A stretch of DNA of 64,000 nt. It comes from Phoronis australis (Eukaryota > Animalia > Phoronida). The stretch is taken from positions 143,679 to 207,678 of the forward strand of contig NMRA01000557.1 in NCBI GenBank assembly GCA_002633005.1. Direction: 5' to 3'. The position numbers and the translations under genes were made by a program. Below, piece after piece: positions 24,456-37,800 of the stretch. Under the pieces are notes generated by a model. It saw nothing but the letters and a program-made list of their open reading frames with translations, did not search any database and was not told the origin of the DNA. How positions within the stretch are numbered: position 1 is the stretch's first letter; every line of letters starts with the position of its first letter.

Positions 24456-27400
24456 TGACACGGGCCTGGAAGACACGTGCACTCCATCGCCGCATTTTCG
24501 ACTTCTTTACCCTTCATATGGTTACTGACATTTCTTCAGTAATCATAAAATATCACAGTGTCTACCATATAAACAGAGCCCACTATTACCATATGGACCC
24601 ACTGATGAGGCTAGAATTTGGCCGCACCCCGCCATGATTCCCCCGGCGCTCGCCGGCTTTCACAGCGTGATCGGGTGAGAGCACCAGAGAATTGTTCGTG
24701 ACGTACATTTAATAAGCCTTGGGCCCTCATTACAAATATTTATAAAAAGAGAGTACAGGATATCTTATCTAATCAGGTACTAATTTTGATCACTTATGGA
24801 CTCTACCTCATTACCAGCAATATTGAAACCGTGAATTGCGCATGCGCGAAAATCACTCAGTTAGCCCCCTTCAGAATACATGGGATTCGCAGAAAACACA
24901 GCGTGAGGGTCTTATTTATGAATCAATCACATTTGCCGATAGCACATAACATACATAAGTATTTTGTTAAAAACGTGGCCAAGTTTCAGCAAAATTGGAA
25001 AAAAATTTATGTTTAACATGGTATGGCCAAAGTTTTGGCTTATTTTGTCGCTTCGATCAGTGGAATCGCCGCTAAAAACCCGAAAGTGGATGTGAGAAAA
25101 CGATAATTTTGGACCAAGCCTTTCATGTGCGGTTAGTTGCCGATAGACCCAACAGATGTCAGTATAATCAAGATTGAAATGTAGGATTTTGAAGAAAATT
25201 AGACAAAATTTTGTATTTAACATGGGGTCGCCGATAATTGCCAATTTTGGCCTTTTGATATCAGTTTATCGTCATAGACTAGCATTAGTGGGTCTAGTTA
25301 ATTCGAAGTTTTTGGTTAAATCACTGATAATATTCACACCAGTATACTAATAAACGTTTTCTCTATATATAACAATTTGATTCCAATGCTTAAGTAGTGC
25401 GTACAACAGGGATTAGCCCTTGACCGGCCCGGCCCATAGTGCGGGAGCTAAGAATTCAGCTCTAGGCCAAAGTAGCTATGTGCGGAAAACTCAGCCACCT
25501 GAGGTGTTTACGATCAACTTCAGAGAAAAAAAANGTGCGAGACAAGGCAACGAGTAAGGACAGCTTTGATTTGCTTACGAGTAGTGACTCATGATTGGCC
25601 AGACATCTGTACTAATATGTTTTGTCTTTCCTTTTCAACGGAATATATTTGAACTTTGGTAATTTTGGGCTACAAAATGTAGAACAACCTTTCTGGTGCT
25701 TCTCTCCAGTAGACACTGAGACACGCGGAGAGTGAAGCGCTAACTGGTCCATAAGCGATGACCTAGTTTTCGCAGAGAACCTGGCGGATGACCTAGTTTA
25801 CGAATTGCTGGTAATGTTTAGAGTTTTGTCAGTTTTAAAGAGAGCCTGGAACACCGCGCGGCGCGACATAGGCCTAGTAGTCCGGTGGGATACCCCGGGC
25901 TGGGTCCCGGGGCTAGTTGGGCCACCGCCACAAATTCGGCTAGTAATACTTGCACTTTCAGCCTCAGACATTTTGAGCAATCACGTGACTTCTATCGTTA
26001 CACTAAGACCACTACGCTGGTCGAAGGCGGGGTGTTTTCTTGAACTTACAGGCAACGATTGGTTTTTAACCCGGTTTAAATTTTGGAGCTTCAGCACTAG
26101 TCGATTCGGTGCCGGTCATAAGCCGTGAGCAGTGATGTAAAATGTTTTGTTCGTGGGTTTTAACAACAGTTCGCTCTTCAAGACAGGCGATGTGATTCTC
26201 TATTCCTTGATCAGTGACTGATGAGGTATCACGTGGCGGGCCATCATGAGAGATAGTGGGGCAAGTTGGGCACGGTCCTTGGGGCTAGTCTGGCCAAGGG
26301 CCGAACTTGCCCCGTTCACTTTACTTGATATACCATCAATAGTTTTTTTCAGGGAATTTAATGAGTAGTATTCATCATGAAATTGCAGAAACTCATAGTA
26401 CTTTCGTCAGAAATTGTTAAAAAGATATTTTTGACAAGCCGCGTTCCATATACCTCTTCAAAAAACAAACTGTTAACTAAAAAAAGAATTTCAGTTACGT
26501 GTAGTATACTGTAAACGAGTACACGACAGAGAGCAAATAATAAAAATGTGAAATTATGTTTATACATGTACATGTACACGTTAACGTACTCACTCCCTAA
26601 GTTTAGTACATGTAAAAGAGGGTCATTGGTAGCCGCTCGTTTAGCCAGCCATCTACAGTACGTGTAGCTATTTGGAGACTATCGTCGAATTACGTACAGC
26701 TGGACTGTGTGCTGATTACCGTTAGACCCTTGCAAGGGGTTAGATAGATACAACCACAGACGCCAAAAATGTCTTTAGGGGGCACCACACTAGTAGGAAC
26801 CCATCTGAAAATCGCCAGCGTCTTGGTCTCGTCAGTAGAAATACATCGGCCAACTGTGATAGTAATCCACTGAACAATTTGGTGCCTATACAGAAGCTGA
26901 CGAGAGAAAGACTAAAAGTTATTGAAATTACCAGTAGGTGAAGCAAACTACATTGAATCCACCCAAAACTGAAGGAAAAGGTGCTGTCGCCAAATCTCTT
27001 GTAAACTAAACGTCTAAAAACTCTGAAAATGCAGAAGCATTGGTAAAAAATTGCCACTGTGGGGGTAAAGCTGTTATTGAAGTGGTCTGAAACTCGTCGT
27101 CACACACTACCATCTTTACAGGAACATGTCTGCAACATTTCACAAAGATCCTCCAAAAGGTTAAGGAGAAACAGCCGTGGATGGCAAAAAGTGCCCCCAT
27201 AGGGCACCAGTGAAAGTAACATCCGAAGATCAGCGTGAGGCGTGAGCTGCTGTTTTCTCAGTAATGAGGAAAGCATCTGTCAATTATGATAATGATAGTT
27301 TGAGCGGTTTGCTGATAGAGAGGTGGGCATCAAAACGAACTCAAACATTTTTATAATGGCCGCTAAGTGATTTCGTCAGATACCTGCAAAAACAGTACTC

Positions 27401-27505
27401 TTCTTAATATTTGCTAAATTTCATGAAAATCCCTCAAGGAACTTAAAGATACGTGTAAATGAGGAAAGGTTAAAATATCGTCAGCTTCATAGAAACACAT
27501 CTTCC

Positions 27506-28344
27506 GGATTGTTCTAAAATCCATCGACCGCACACCCTAGGACATCCTCGACCCACAACCCCCACGACCCCAACCTCTTCGACTCACGACCTGTAGCAAT
27601 AGATGTTTCTTTGTGTTTTTTACACGTTTCATAATCATATTACGTCGCTGAGTGAATTTCGCATATAATTACTTACACGCGAATCTGTTCTGGTGGTAAA
27701 ACAGAAAGAGGCGTAAGAACATGATCTGAAATAACGAATTGTGAGCGTGCTATCGTTCTCACGAAAATAGTTCCACGAGCATCTACATACTAATGACCCT
27801 GTTCTACTAAACTCAGGGAGAGAGCACGTAAACGTGAATGCACATAATTTTAATCATACTGTCTTCCTCTCTGCTGTATACTCGTTTACAATATACTAAT
27901 GTTGAGTTACTCCTTTAGTTAAAAGTGTTTTCAAACTGTATTTTCTGATAAATTATATATTCGTGGATCCCTCTCCCTCTCCCAAAAGAACTTGAATCTG
28001 CCCTTCACTGAAGAGCAGACGAGACGATTACACTCTGCCGGGAACGACATTTGTAACAGTTACGTTGGTAGGTCTTTGATTTGAATTGATTTGGTTGCGA
28101 TTTTTCCCCGTTTTTTTGCTTTTAAGCTTGCCGAATGGGCTCTCTTAATTGCAGAAAAAAGAGGAAAAAGCCAGCCGAGCTCAGGGCCAGACTAGTTGGT
28201 CCTGCAAGTCAGCGCTTGTTCTAGGTTCAGATCGAGTCGAGCTTGTATAGACTGGGTCGAGGGGGTTGTGGGCCGTGGCCGGGTTGAGGGGGTCGTGAGT
28301 CGAGCGGCATGGGTTGTGGGGGTTGAGGGGATTTAGAACAATCC
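27506..28344. mobile_element. Non-autonomous TIR element
   Basis: GGATTGTTCTAAA / TTTAGAACAATCC termini with inverted CGACCC/GGGTCG subterminal arrays; similar end at about 46960-47006. Confidence 0.65.
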
Positions 28345-28763
28345 AAACCTACCAAATCGCGTTAAGATCCAGCAAGTCTTTTAGGAGATACAGCAGCAGA
28401 CCCCAGATGCAGGATGCCGAGACAAAGATGACCGCAGGAGGCATCGATATATAAATAAGTGGGTGCAATTACATAGCAAAGAGGTAGATTGAGTCACAAT
28501 TACAAGTCCCATTTTTGGCTATTTTCCCAAAATTTAATTCACAAGGAAAAATTTGTCAAATTTTTAAGAATAATCCATGAATTTTTAATCTTTACACACG
28601 CCGATTACGGATCCCTCGGTGCCATGCAGGCCTCAAACTTGATAGTGCTATCTTGTGAGACCGGAATCCGATAGATGGCGAAGTGCGTCATTTCTTCGAA
28701 ACCCGCCCGTCAGCTCATCCAGGGCTGTTATTATATGTTGTTGGGTCAGTTTTTGATACAGAA

Positions 28764-28880
28764 ATGAGTTCATACACAAGCACAAACTCCGAAAACGCAA
28801 AACTAATAGAGTCGTTGTGGAAGCAGTGTAAGGAATGTTCATCGCTGTGTGAAGTAACCATCGAGCTAAAAGACAACGAG
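28764..28880 (+). CDS. BTB-kelch gene coding exon 1 (MSSYTS...LCEVTIELKDNE)
   Basis: Acceptor directly before the ATG implies an upstream UTR exon; BTB1 N-terminus; GTAAAA donor, phase 0. Confidence 0.82.
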
Positions 28881-31800
28881 GTAAAAACTTTGCCAGAGGA
28901 GAGGTACACGTCCGATAACTAGACCTAGCCTTCGTGCATAATCACCTCTTTTGGATATATCGTTAAGGAATTCGAGTACGGTCTTTGAGAATGCATTGAT
29001 CTGTATTCAGTCTAGGGGGGGGGGCTCATTCTAAAAAGATTTACTGATCCGAAAAGTTGTGCGCTGCCCTGGCGTGACGTACAGCAGGCCTATACGAAAT
29101 CAACCCGGAATTTGTTTGGCTTGCAGATAGCTTACCCTCTGACACAGCGCCACTTAAACTAAGAAGTGGCCCTGTGGAAACATGATGCTCACACAAGGAA
29201 TTCCGTGTGTGTGCATCAATGCCCATGCTTGGTGGGAAGTTTACCGATCACATCGCCACTACTTGCACAAGCCTTCTATACACCATAGAAAGCGTGTGCA
29301 AGTATAATGCACTGTACTTGTTTGGGCTGAAGCCCCTATGATTGGGGCTTCCTTGATTTTGTTACTTCGATCAATGTCCATTTTAATAAATTGTAACTAT
29401 TCAAGTCTAACGTCGTCGCCATACTACGTATGTAGCAATAAACTGAAAGGGGTTAACTAGATTTCAAATGTCATAACATTGGTTCCGACCACCTACCAGT
29501 CCTAATTAAGCTCTCACTACTAGAGCAACCCTCCGTCACAAGAAAAGAGCCTAGCTGGAACTACAAAAAGGCAAACTGGACAAAGTTTAAAAAACTGACT
29601 GACACACTCTGCAGAAATACCACCATTGACTCAAAGCAAGACATCAACATCAATGTCAGGCGGATTTCCAACTGCATCCTCTAGGCGGCACGCCAGAGCA
29701 TTCCAACGGGAAGACGAAGAGACTACAAACCATACTGGAGTGACCACCTGTAGAGTCTCCATGACCAAGTAACATCAACCACTGAGAAACTTGAAAAAGA
29801 CCCTACACCGGAAAACACAGCAATCTACAACAAAGCAAGAGCTGCATTTGATGAGGAAAAGACAACAGAAATCCGCAAGTCCTGGCACGAAAAGACCAGC
29901 TCTCTAAACATGGAGAAAGACACAGGGAAACTGTGGCAGCTCACAAAGACCCTAAACGACGACCACCAGTGCACTCCAAGAGAAACGCTCCTAAAAGAAA
30001 ATGGACAGACTTACACTGGGAGGAGAGCCGCAACCCTGCTTGCTGACAATTTTAGAAATGACAGTCTCCTGGGCAATACCAGGCAGAAAACAAGAGAACA
30101 AAGAAAACAAAGGAACTGAGAAAGAGGCAACAACAACAAACCGCCAGCATGACTAACGACTTTACCATGCAAGAGCTGAACAATTCCATCAGACAACTCA
30201 AGACCAAGAAGACACCCGGAAAAGACGGCATCAGCAATGACATGATTCACCACCTTGGCAGTCTCACCAAACAGAAGCTTCTGGATATTTACAACCAGTC
30301 TTTGAGAATGTTTTTTTTTTCAGTCAGCTGGAAGCGAGCCACAATCATTCCAATGTTAAAGAAGCTGAAGGACAGGCACACCAAAGGCAGCTATCGCCCC
30401 ATCAGCCTTCTCAGCTGTCCAGACAAACTCATGGAACGCGTGGTCAACAAACGTCTGCAATATCACCCAGAAAAGAACAGGCTTATTAGCTCCACCCAGT
30501 CAGGGTTCCGAAAGAACAGAGGATCAGATCACACTGCTCACTCAAGACATAGAAAATGGCTTTCAACAGAAAATGAAGACACTAGCCGTCTTTTTGGCCT
30601 AACAAAAGTCTTCGATAAGGTCTGGAAGGAAGGCTTACTCCTCAAGCTCCTCCAAAAACAAGCATACATGTATGACAAAATGTATGTGCGGATTAACAGT
30701 TACCTCTTCCAAAGATCTGCGCGGGTAAAGCTGGAAGGACAGACAAGCAAGTTGACTAGGACTCGGGAAAGAGTACCCAAGGGCAGCATAATATCGCCGA
30801 CACTCTTTGATGTCTTCATTGATGACATTGCTGACCACCTGTCTATGCTCATTTCAAGGACTCTCCAAGCAGATGACCTGGCTGTATGGACAAAAGCAGA
30901 ATACATCACCACAGCAGCTTACAGAATGCAGGGAGCCATGGACATCATCCTAAACTGGGCAAAAGGGTGGATGGTCACGATAAACAGGATCAAAACAGAG
31001 ACCACGTGCTTTTACCTTTCTTTCAAAAAACGAAGAGTTCTTGCTCCAGCTAGAAGGCCAGAATATTCCCCACCAAGAAACCACAACCTACCTTGGGGTT
31101 AAACTGGAAAAGAGGCTTACTTGGTCCCCTCACATTGCTGCCATGCGCAGCAAAGCTACTAAGAAAATTGCTGTGATGAAGAAACATACTGGTACCAGTT
31201 GGGGTGCAAACATGAAGATCTTGACCCAAGTTTACACGGGATCTGTCAGACCCCAGGTGGAGTGTGCCTCTAATGCATGGTCTACGGCTGCCAAAACCAA
31301 CAGAGACAACTTAGCCAGGGTCAAGAAAACTGGTCTGCGCTTAATCACAGGAGACATGAAGACCACCCCCCATTATGGAAATGGAGAAGAAGGCAGGCTT
31401 AAGCTCATTGGAAGGAAGACGGGATGAGAAACTCCTGAGACAGGGCGAAAAGATGAAGCAGCTTCCATCACATCCACTGCACCCCAAACTCCAAACCTCG
31501 ACCAAAAACCGCATCAAGAGGTCCAAACCACCTCATCAAGGCACTTCAGCAGAAACATCAACCTCTGCTATCCTCAATCAACCAACCCACTAGAAATGCT
31601 CCAAGACTTTGTGAAGAATGGTCTCTGGACGTTCCCCACATCATTCTCAACTTCCCTGGGATTGAAGCAAAGCATACACAATTGGAGGCAGGCCTGAAGG
31701 AGACTACCCTACCACCACTTGGACCCGAGTTTATACAGATGGCTCTGCAGAGAATGCTGTCAGAAATGGGGGAGGTGGGGCAGCACTCTGCGCAGGTCCA

Positions 31801-34800
31801 TTGCCACGGGCCTTCACTCCACCAACTACAGAGCTGAGGCAAATGCCCTATACCTCGCAGACCAGATACTCAACCAGCAAACGAGGCTCACGTATCAGAC
31901 TGTCTTCTCCTCAGTCTGCCAATCTCTTCTGCAGAGCCTCCAGACAACAGAGAGAGAGAGACCAGATCCTGCAATCCATCACACAAAAGATGCACATCCT
32001 CAGCAAGAAAACCAGTGTTGTGCTGCAATGGATTCCCTCCCACTGCGGCATCAGCGGCAACGAGGAAGAAGACAGACTCCTTTGCAGGAAGCAAACTGGA
32101 GCAGACGTCCCACCCATCATCATCATATGGAGAAATAAAAACCCTCCTCTGAAATCACTTTAGAAATGCCTGGAGGACACGCCTACATCTGGGGGCTGAA
32201 GAAGATTATATACCAGCTTGACCGGCAGGAACAATTCACTATCTTCAGGCTAAGAACCGGCCACTGCCAGCTGCTCTCCCACGTGCATCGCCTGAAAATC
32301 TCTAACACAGATGAGTGCTCCTGTGGCACTGGCCTCAAAACACCTGAGAATTTACTGCAGAGCTGCCCTACGTTCGATTCCCTAAGGCGCCAGACATGGC
32401 CCAGTCCGGTGGAACTCAAGGTAAAACTGTGGGTCCCGACGGCATCATTGCGGCGAACTGCAGACTTCGCCCAAAAGACCAGACTGACTATCTAAGCTAC
32501 ATGGCCGGGAACGCTGAAGAAGAAGAAGAAAGTTCAATTATCACTTTGTTATCTGTTCCTGCTTTAATCAACGAAGAACCCATGCTACGGGATATATACG
32601 TCATGCCACCTGCCGGTCGCAGTGTTAAGTGGTGAGTTACCGATTTTGGGAACTGTACGAGCGACTGCTCGAAGAAAAAGTTCGACAACATGCGCGAACC
32701 CAGGGTGGGTGGGGGGCTCGGTGGACTCAAACGAGCCCCCCCCCCCCATTTGGCGAAGTGAGTAAAAAGGTCCGCCTCAGAGAAACAAAATAATCCTAGA
32801 AAACGAGACAAAATCCACTAAAAAGGCGCAAACGCAGAGTTCACAGACCTGAAGGTGGTACCCCGTTTTTTTAGTCCTCCCGCTTTTTTGTTAGCAAAAG
32901 GTCCACTTTGTCAGAGATTCGAGCTGGGCGCGCGCATAGATAACGGCAGTATTTGTTCGAGTTGGAAGGAAATGAATGCATCGACGACATTCTAAGGTAT
33001 CCCTTTATGTATATGCGCAAAAGGTATGTACAACAATGTGACTTTGGTGTTTTAGTCAGTGCGATGCATAATTTGCCGAAAAGCTTCCGGCGTATGAAGC
33101 GCGGCTCCATCGTCTCTACTGGCGGTCATTGTCTATGTATTTGTAAGGGTTTTGAATCAAATTTTTATGATTTAGTGATCTAAAGTGATAAATTCAAGCG
33201 ATAAACTGACACCAGTGAGCGTCTTGTGAACTGCTAAACATACTGTGTTAGAACCTATGTCGTCATCGGTTGACCTCCGTCTGTCATCTGGTGTCGGGTA
33301 AAACATCTGAACATGCTGTTATCGAATGGATCTAAATTAATGCTGAAATTTCTATTACATTGATGGTTTTTGTAATGTACACATCTGTTAAGATATTTGT
33401 TCTGTACATGCAGTATATACATGTAGGTTTGTATGTGATTTCCATTTTCAAATCAATTTGTCAGTTAGCACAGTATATTTTCCGCCATGTAAAGTGTCCA
33501 GCATTGTACCACGTTATATCATTCAGATCTTGAACATTATCCTCAAGAATTGGTAAAATCCTCTTGAGAATATTGCGTACTGTATTGCAGATACTAAAGG
33601 CGCATTGGTGTGTCTTGCTTCTATGCCCATTCTTTGAAGCCATGAATCGAAGTGAAATGAGGGAGGTGGCTTCAGGTAAGTACACCTGTCAAAACGTTGC
33701 CAAGTACATGCATGATTGACTTCTAATGGCGCTCTAGACAAGCCCCACTGTTCTGGGTGACTCAAAACAATGACGGATTTACAATATCCAAACTATTAAA
33801 CCAACATTGCAGCTGAGAGACTAACCGCAGAAACAATAGAATTCAGCTTGGTGTAACTGTGCAAAATATAAAAACGCTCCCTATAAATCGCTGTCAGTCA
33901 CTTTTATCTGTACAGTTGTAAACAATAATAACACTAATTAGCTTTAATGAATTTTCTTCCTTTCAAGGGACGGTCAACTTGAGTCAGTTTGACGTGTCAA
34001 CTATGCAGTTTGTTCTTGAGTACATGTACACTGGGCACTGGGAATTGGGCAATCAATGTAGGGAGAGTGTCATCGAACTCGCCGACTTCCTGTTGCTTCA
34101 AGATCTGAAAACATACCTGGAGGACGATAAACCGCCTCCAAAAAAATTAGACGGCGTGATGGAAGTGTATTTGAGGCTGAGCATGGTCCAGCTGAAGACT
34201 TCGATCGATAAAAAGTGGCTAAAGAACCTAATAAGTGCTCTGTGGGAGCAATGCTTGGATAGCGCACCGTGCTGTGATGTCATCATCGAGGCCGCCAACG
34301 CGTGGGTAAGCTTGCTTAAAATGACCATTGATGTGCGCACCCAGGGGTGGCTCGGGGGGCTCGAACACGCCCCCCATTTGGCGAAGTGGGCAAAAGGTAC
34401 GCCCCAGAGAAATAAAAAGTCAGAGAAAACGAGATAAATTCCACTAATGAAATGGAAACGCACACTTCACACTACGTACGACTCCGGTCGTGGTATTTTT
34501 TTCGATAACAGACTATTTTGTTTGTAAAAGGTCCACGCCGTAAGGAATTCGAGCCCCCCATATTGAAGGCTCGGTGCGCGCATACTTCACCTTGTTTTGA
34601 CTAGTGACTACATTGCTAGCATCATTAAACCCTTTTTATAGCATTGCCTAACACAGTTGCAGACTTAGTATCCCAAAACGAAGAAAAACGAATTCACAGC
34701 ACCACAAACGCATTGTGCTTCGCTTTTCCCTATTGTGCCATAAGATACGGGGAAACGAGTGGCCTTATTTAGCGATTTTCACAATAATCAGAATGGAGGA

Positions 34801-37800
34801 TGACTCGTGCTGCGATTGGTTGGTCCGATTTTATGTAAAATGTTTCCACCTCTAAATGCCCATAACTCAAGATCATCCAATTAACACATCGTGTTTTTGG
34901 GATATCTAATTTGACAGTTGATTTACTGCATGGGTTGCTTTTGTGTTTTTGATATGGAATTGGCAGCTTTAAGCACTTAAGGGATTCACAATCGTTGTAA
35001 AGGCTGTTGCCCTTATTATAATCTTGGTTCATGAAATCCGACATTGCTCGATTCGTGATTGGTAGTCATATGCTACGCAGCTTGGGTATTAAGTCAACGT
35101 TCTCAAGGAAATATGTCCCGATTATTCGGTGATTGTTAGTTGTTGAAATGTGTGAGTAAACATGAACAGTATTATAATGTACTATTTTTCAGAAATTTTC
35201 GGTTCACCGATGTGTCCTTGCTGTGTGGCCTTCTTTTGAAGCCATGTATAATAGCGACAACAAATGTTCGGATGCAGGTGGGCGTTTCAAGTTCATTTTA
35301 TATCAAAAGGTGTGAGGGGATTGCCTTTTAGAAATAAATTCCACTGTGTTGAAACTATTCGGTAGTCCACTCTATTTCATTTTTGTACAAAAATATATTT
35401 CCTCAGTAAAATCCTAAACTTGTTGGTTACTCAGATAAGAAGTTATTTCTGGGTTTCAGAACAACTGAACATTTGTTGAAGCTCGGGTCAAAACTTAATC
35501 AATTGGATCACCACGGCAGGTTATTTTATGCACCGAATATGATCTCAAACAATGAGAAACCAGAATTCCTTTCTCATCTGAATAAGAGACGGCGCAAGAC
35601 AGCTCCTGCAACGTTGAAGCGGCTACAAAGTCGCTTTCCGCCACAAAAATCAACTTTTAAACTAGAACATTTAGTGTTATAAAATTTATCTCAAATTATT
35701 TCTTAGTCGCCGTCGGTATTTCAGAAGACTTTACGGTTCATTGTTGCTTGTGACCAAGCTCTACGCGTTGGTTCACCACGGTTCTTTGCAATCCCCAAAA
35801 TGGCTTCTCATCTGAGTAAGTAACAAACAAAGACCAATTTAGCAGATGCATGTGGTCAAAGTAAAAAATTCACCTCTTGGTCGGAACTCGGATTTATACC
35901 CACAACTACAGTTGATTTTTACGGTACGCAGATCTAAAGTAGTTTTAATCAGAGGTGGCTCCCTGTTGTTCAAGTCAAATCTCAATAATTGGTTTGACTA
36001 CTCTGTATCTCTCCATGTGCTGAACATGACCTCAACCAAAAGTGAATTTTCACTTCTCCCCAAACTACGTCGTATACCGAATACTAAGTGATCATTTTAC
36101 AAGCATTTTTCAGTAGAAGACGAGATATTTAAAAAAGCTTTTTACGTTTGTGCATAGGTGTGGTAGAACTGAGAGAGTTTGGACAGGAAGCCGTGAAGTT
36201 AGTGATGGAATTCATCTACACTGGGAAGGCTGAATTTACGGTATCCAATGTCGAATCAGTTTTGAAACTTGCGGTTCGTTTGGGAATCGAAAGTTTAAAG
36301 GGCCAATGTAACAAGTACTGCTTGCAGGCAATTAACGCAGAAAATTGTCTTCAGATTCGTTCATTGGCTAAGAAGAATGCTCTCAACGAAGTGTACGGCG
36401 AGGCCGACAAATTTTTGTACAGATTCTTTACCGAAATTTCAAAGACGAGGGGTATTTTAGACGTGTCGTTCGATGCGCTAATGACCTTCATTCAAGATTT
36501 AAAGTTGAGTTACTTCGCGCCGAAAGAGTTCTTTGAATTGATAACTCGTTGGGTGAATGAAGGGAGCGCCGAGCGTTTGGGTCATTTTGACCAACTGTTT
36601 GCTGCACTGAAGCTCCAGTGGATTGCGCAAGATGACATGGCAAAAATCAAAGAGAACGAGTATGTCGCAAAGAGCGCTATTTGTAAAGCGGCCATCGACA
36701 AATACGAGTTCAATGTCAGGCAAGGTCACGTTACCCCGGGTGTTAAGGATTTAGTGGTCGTTTCCGGTAGATATTGTGGGAATGGGCACTTTGCTTATTG
36801 TATAAGTGAGGACCGTTGGGTAAGGCTACCCGTACCTTTGGTAGCACCCGAAAATAATCATTTAAACGTTGTCGACAAAAGTATTGTGTTGACTGATAGT
36901 AATGCATACGGAGATACGGTGCTTAAGCTGGAAACCCTAATCGGTACCTGGCGTCGATTGCCTGTGGGATTTAGTGGTCAGATTTTTGAAACCGGGTCCG
37001 TGGTTTCGTGTGGTGGGTTTATATGTGTTGTTTCGGGCTCACAACAAATTCTGCAGCTCTATCCAACACGTCCAGGTCAAAAGTATGACCGCGTTAAGAT
37101 AAATGCGTTGAAAAAGCGTTGCACTGTGTCTGCCTTCTCGCTGAAGGACGAGGCCATTTTAATTCTTGCAAAGGTTAATTTGGGAAGCAAACGAAATCGG
37201 GTTAATAAGTGCGTGTTGTACAACATCCAGACGGGGGAATTTACCGAATATTCGTGTGGAGCATGTTATGGACAATTTATGTGTTGCGACGAAGACGAGG
37301 GGAAGGTTTACGTGTTTAGTGACGGTTACGGCTGTATGTTTGATTACGCAGACCGCCGATGGAAGGAGGCTGGAAGATATATACCGCCCCCTCAAGGAAT
37401 CAAACAACAAGGTGCATTTATCGGGACACTTTACAAAGACGTAGCGTACGTTGCTGTCGGTGAACAAAACAAGTTCGTGGCCACAAACGGGCAGCTATAT
37501 AAATTCACCAACAGTTGGGAGGAAGTTAAAGAGGTACGTGTAATCATGTTTATTAATTTCTAGTAGAAGAATAATCGTTTATTTTTCTGAATCAGTTTTG
37601 AGGGGGTATTGCTGTTTATACGGTCTATTTATATTTAGATCGATGACTGCTTAAATGCAGAAATTATTTATAATTCATAGTCAGAGATCGTGTAACTTCG
37701 TGCTATAGTTTACAAAACAGCCACAGGCTTCGCATACCAAAGTCAGCCATTACTCGAATGCCCAAAACAAAAACAGCACAGCTGTTCAGCATGGTAGTGA

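Noticed and set aside
24600-24630. CTGATGA plus hairpin, hammerhead-like
   Set aside because: Followed by GCAC rather than GAAA; no stem III or cleavage triplet
37639-37680. Alternative short terminal exon for the BTB-kelch gene (IDDCLNAEIIYNS*)
   Set aside because: Possible, but exons 41288 and 42276 give a better kelch continuation and matching phases
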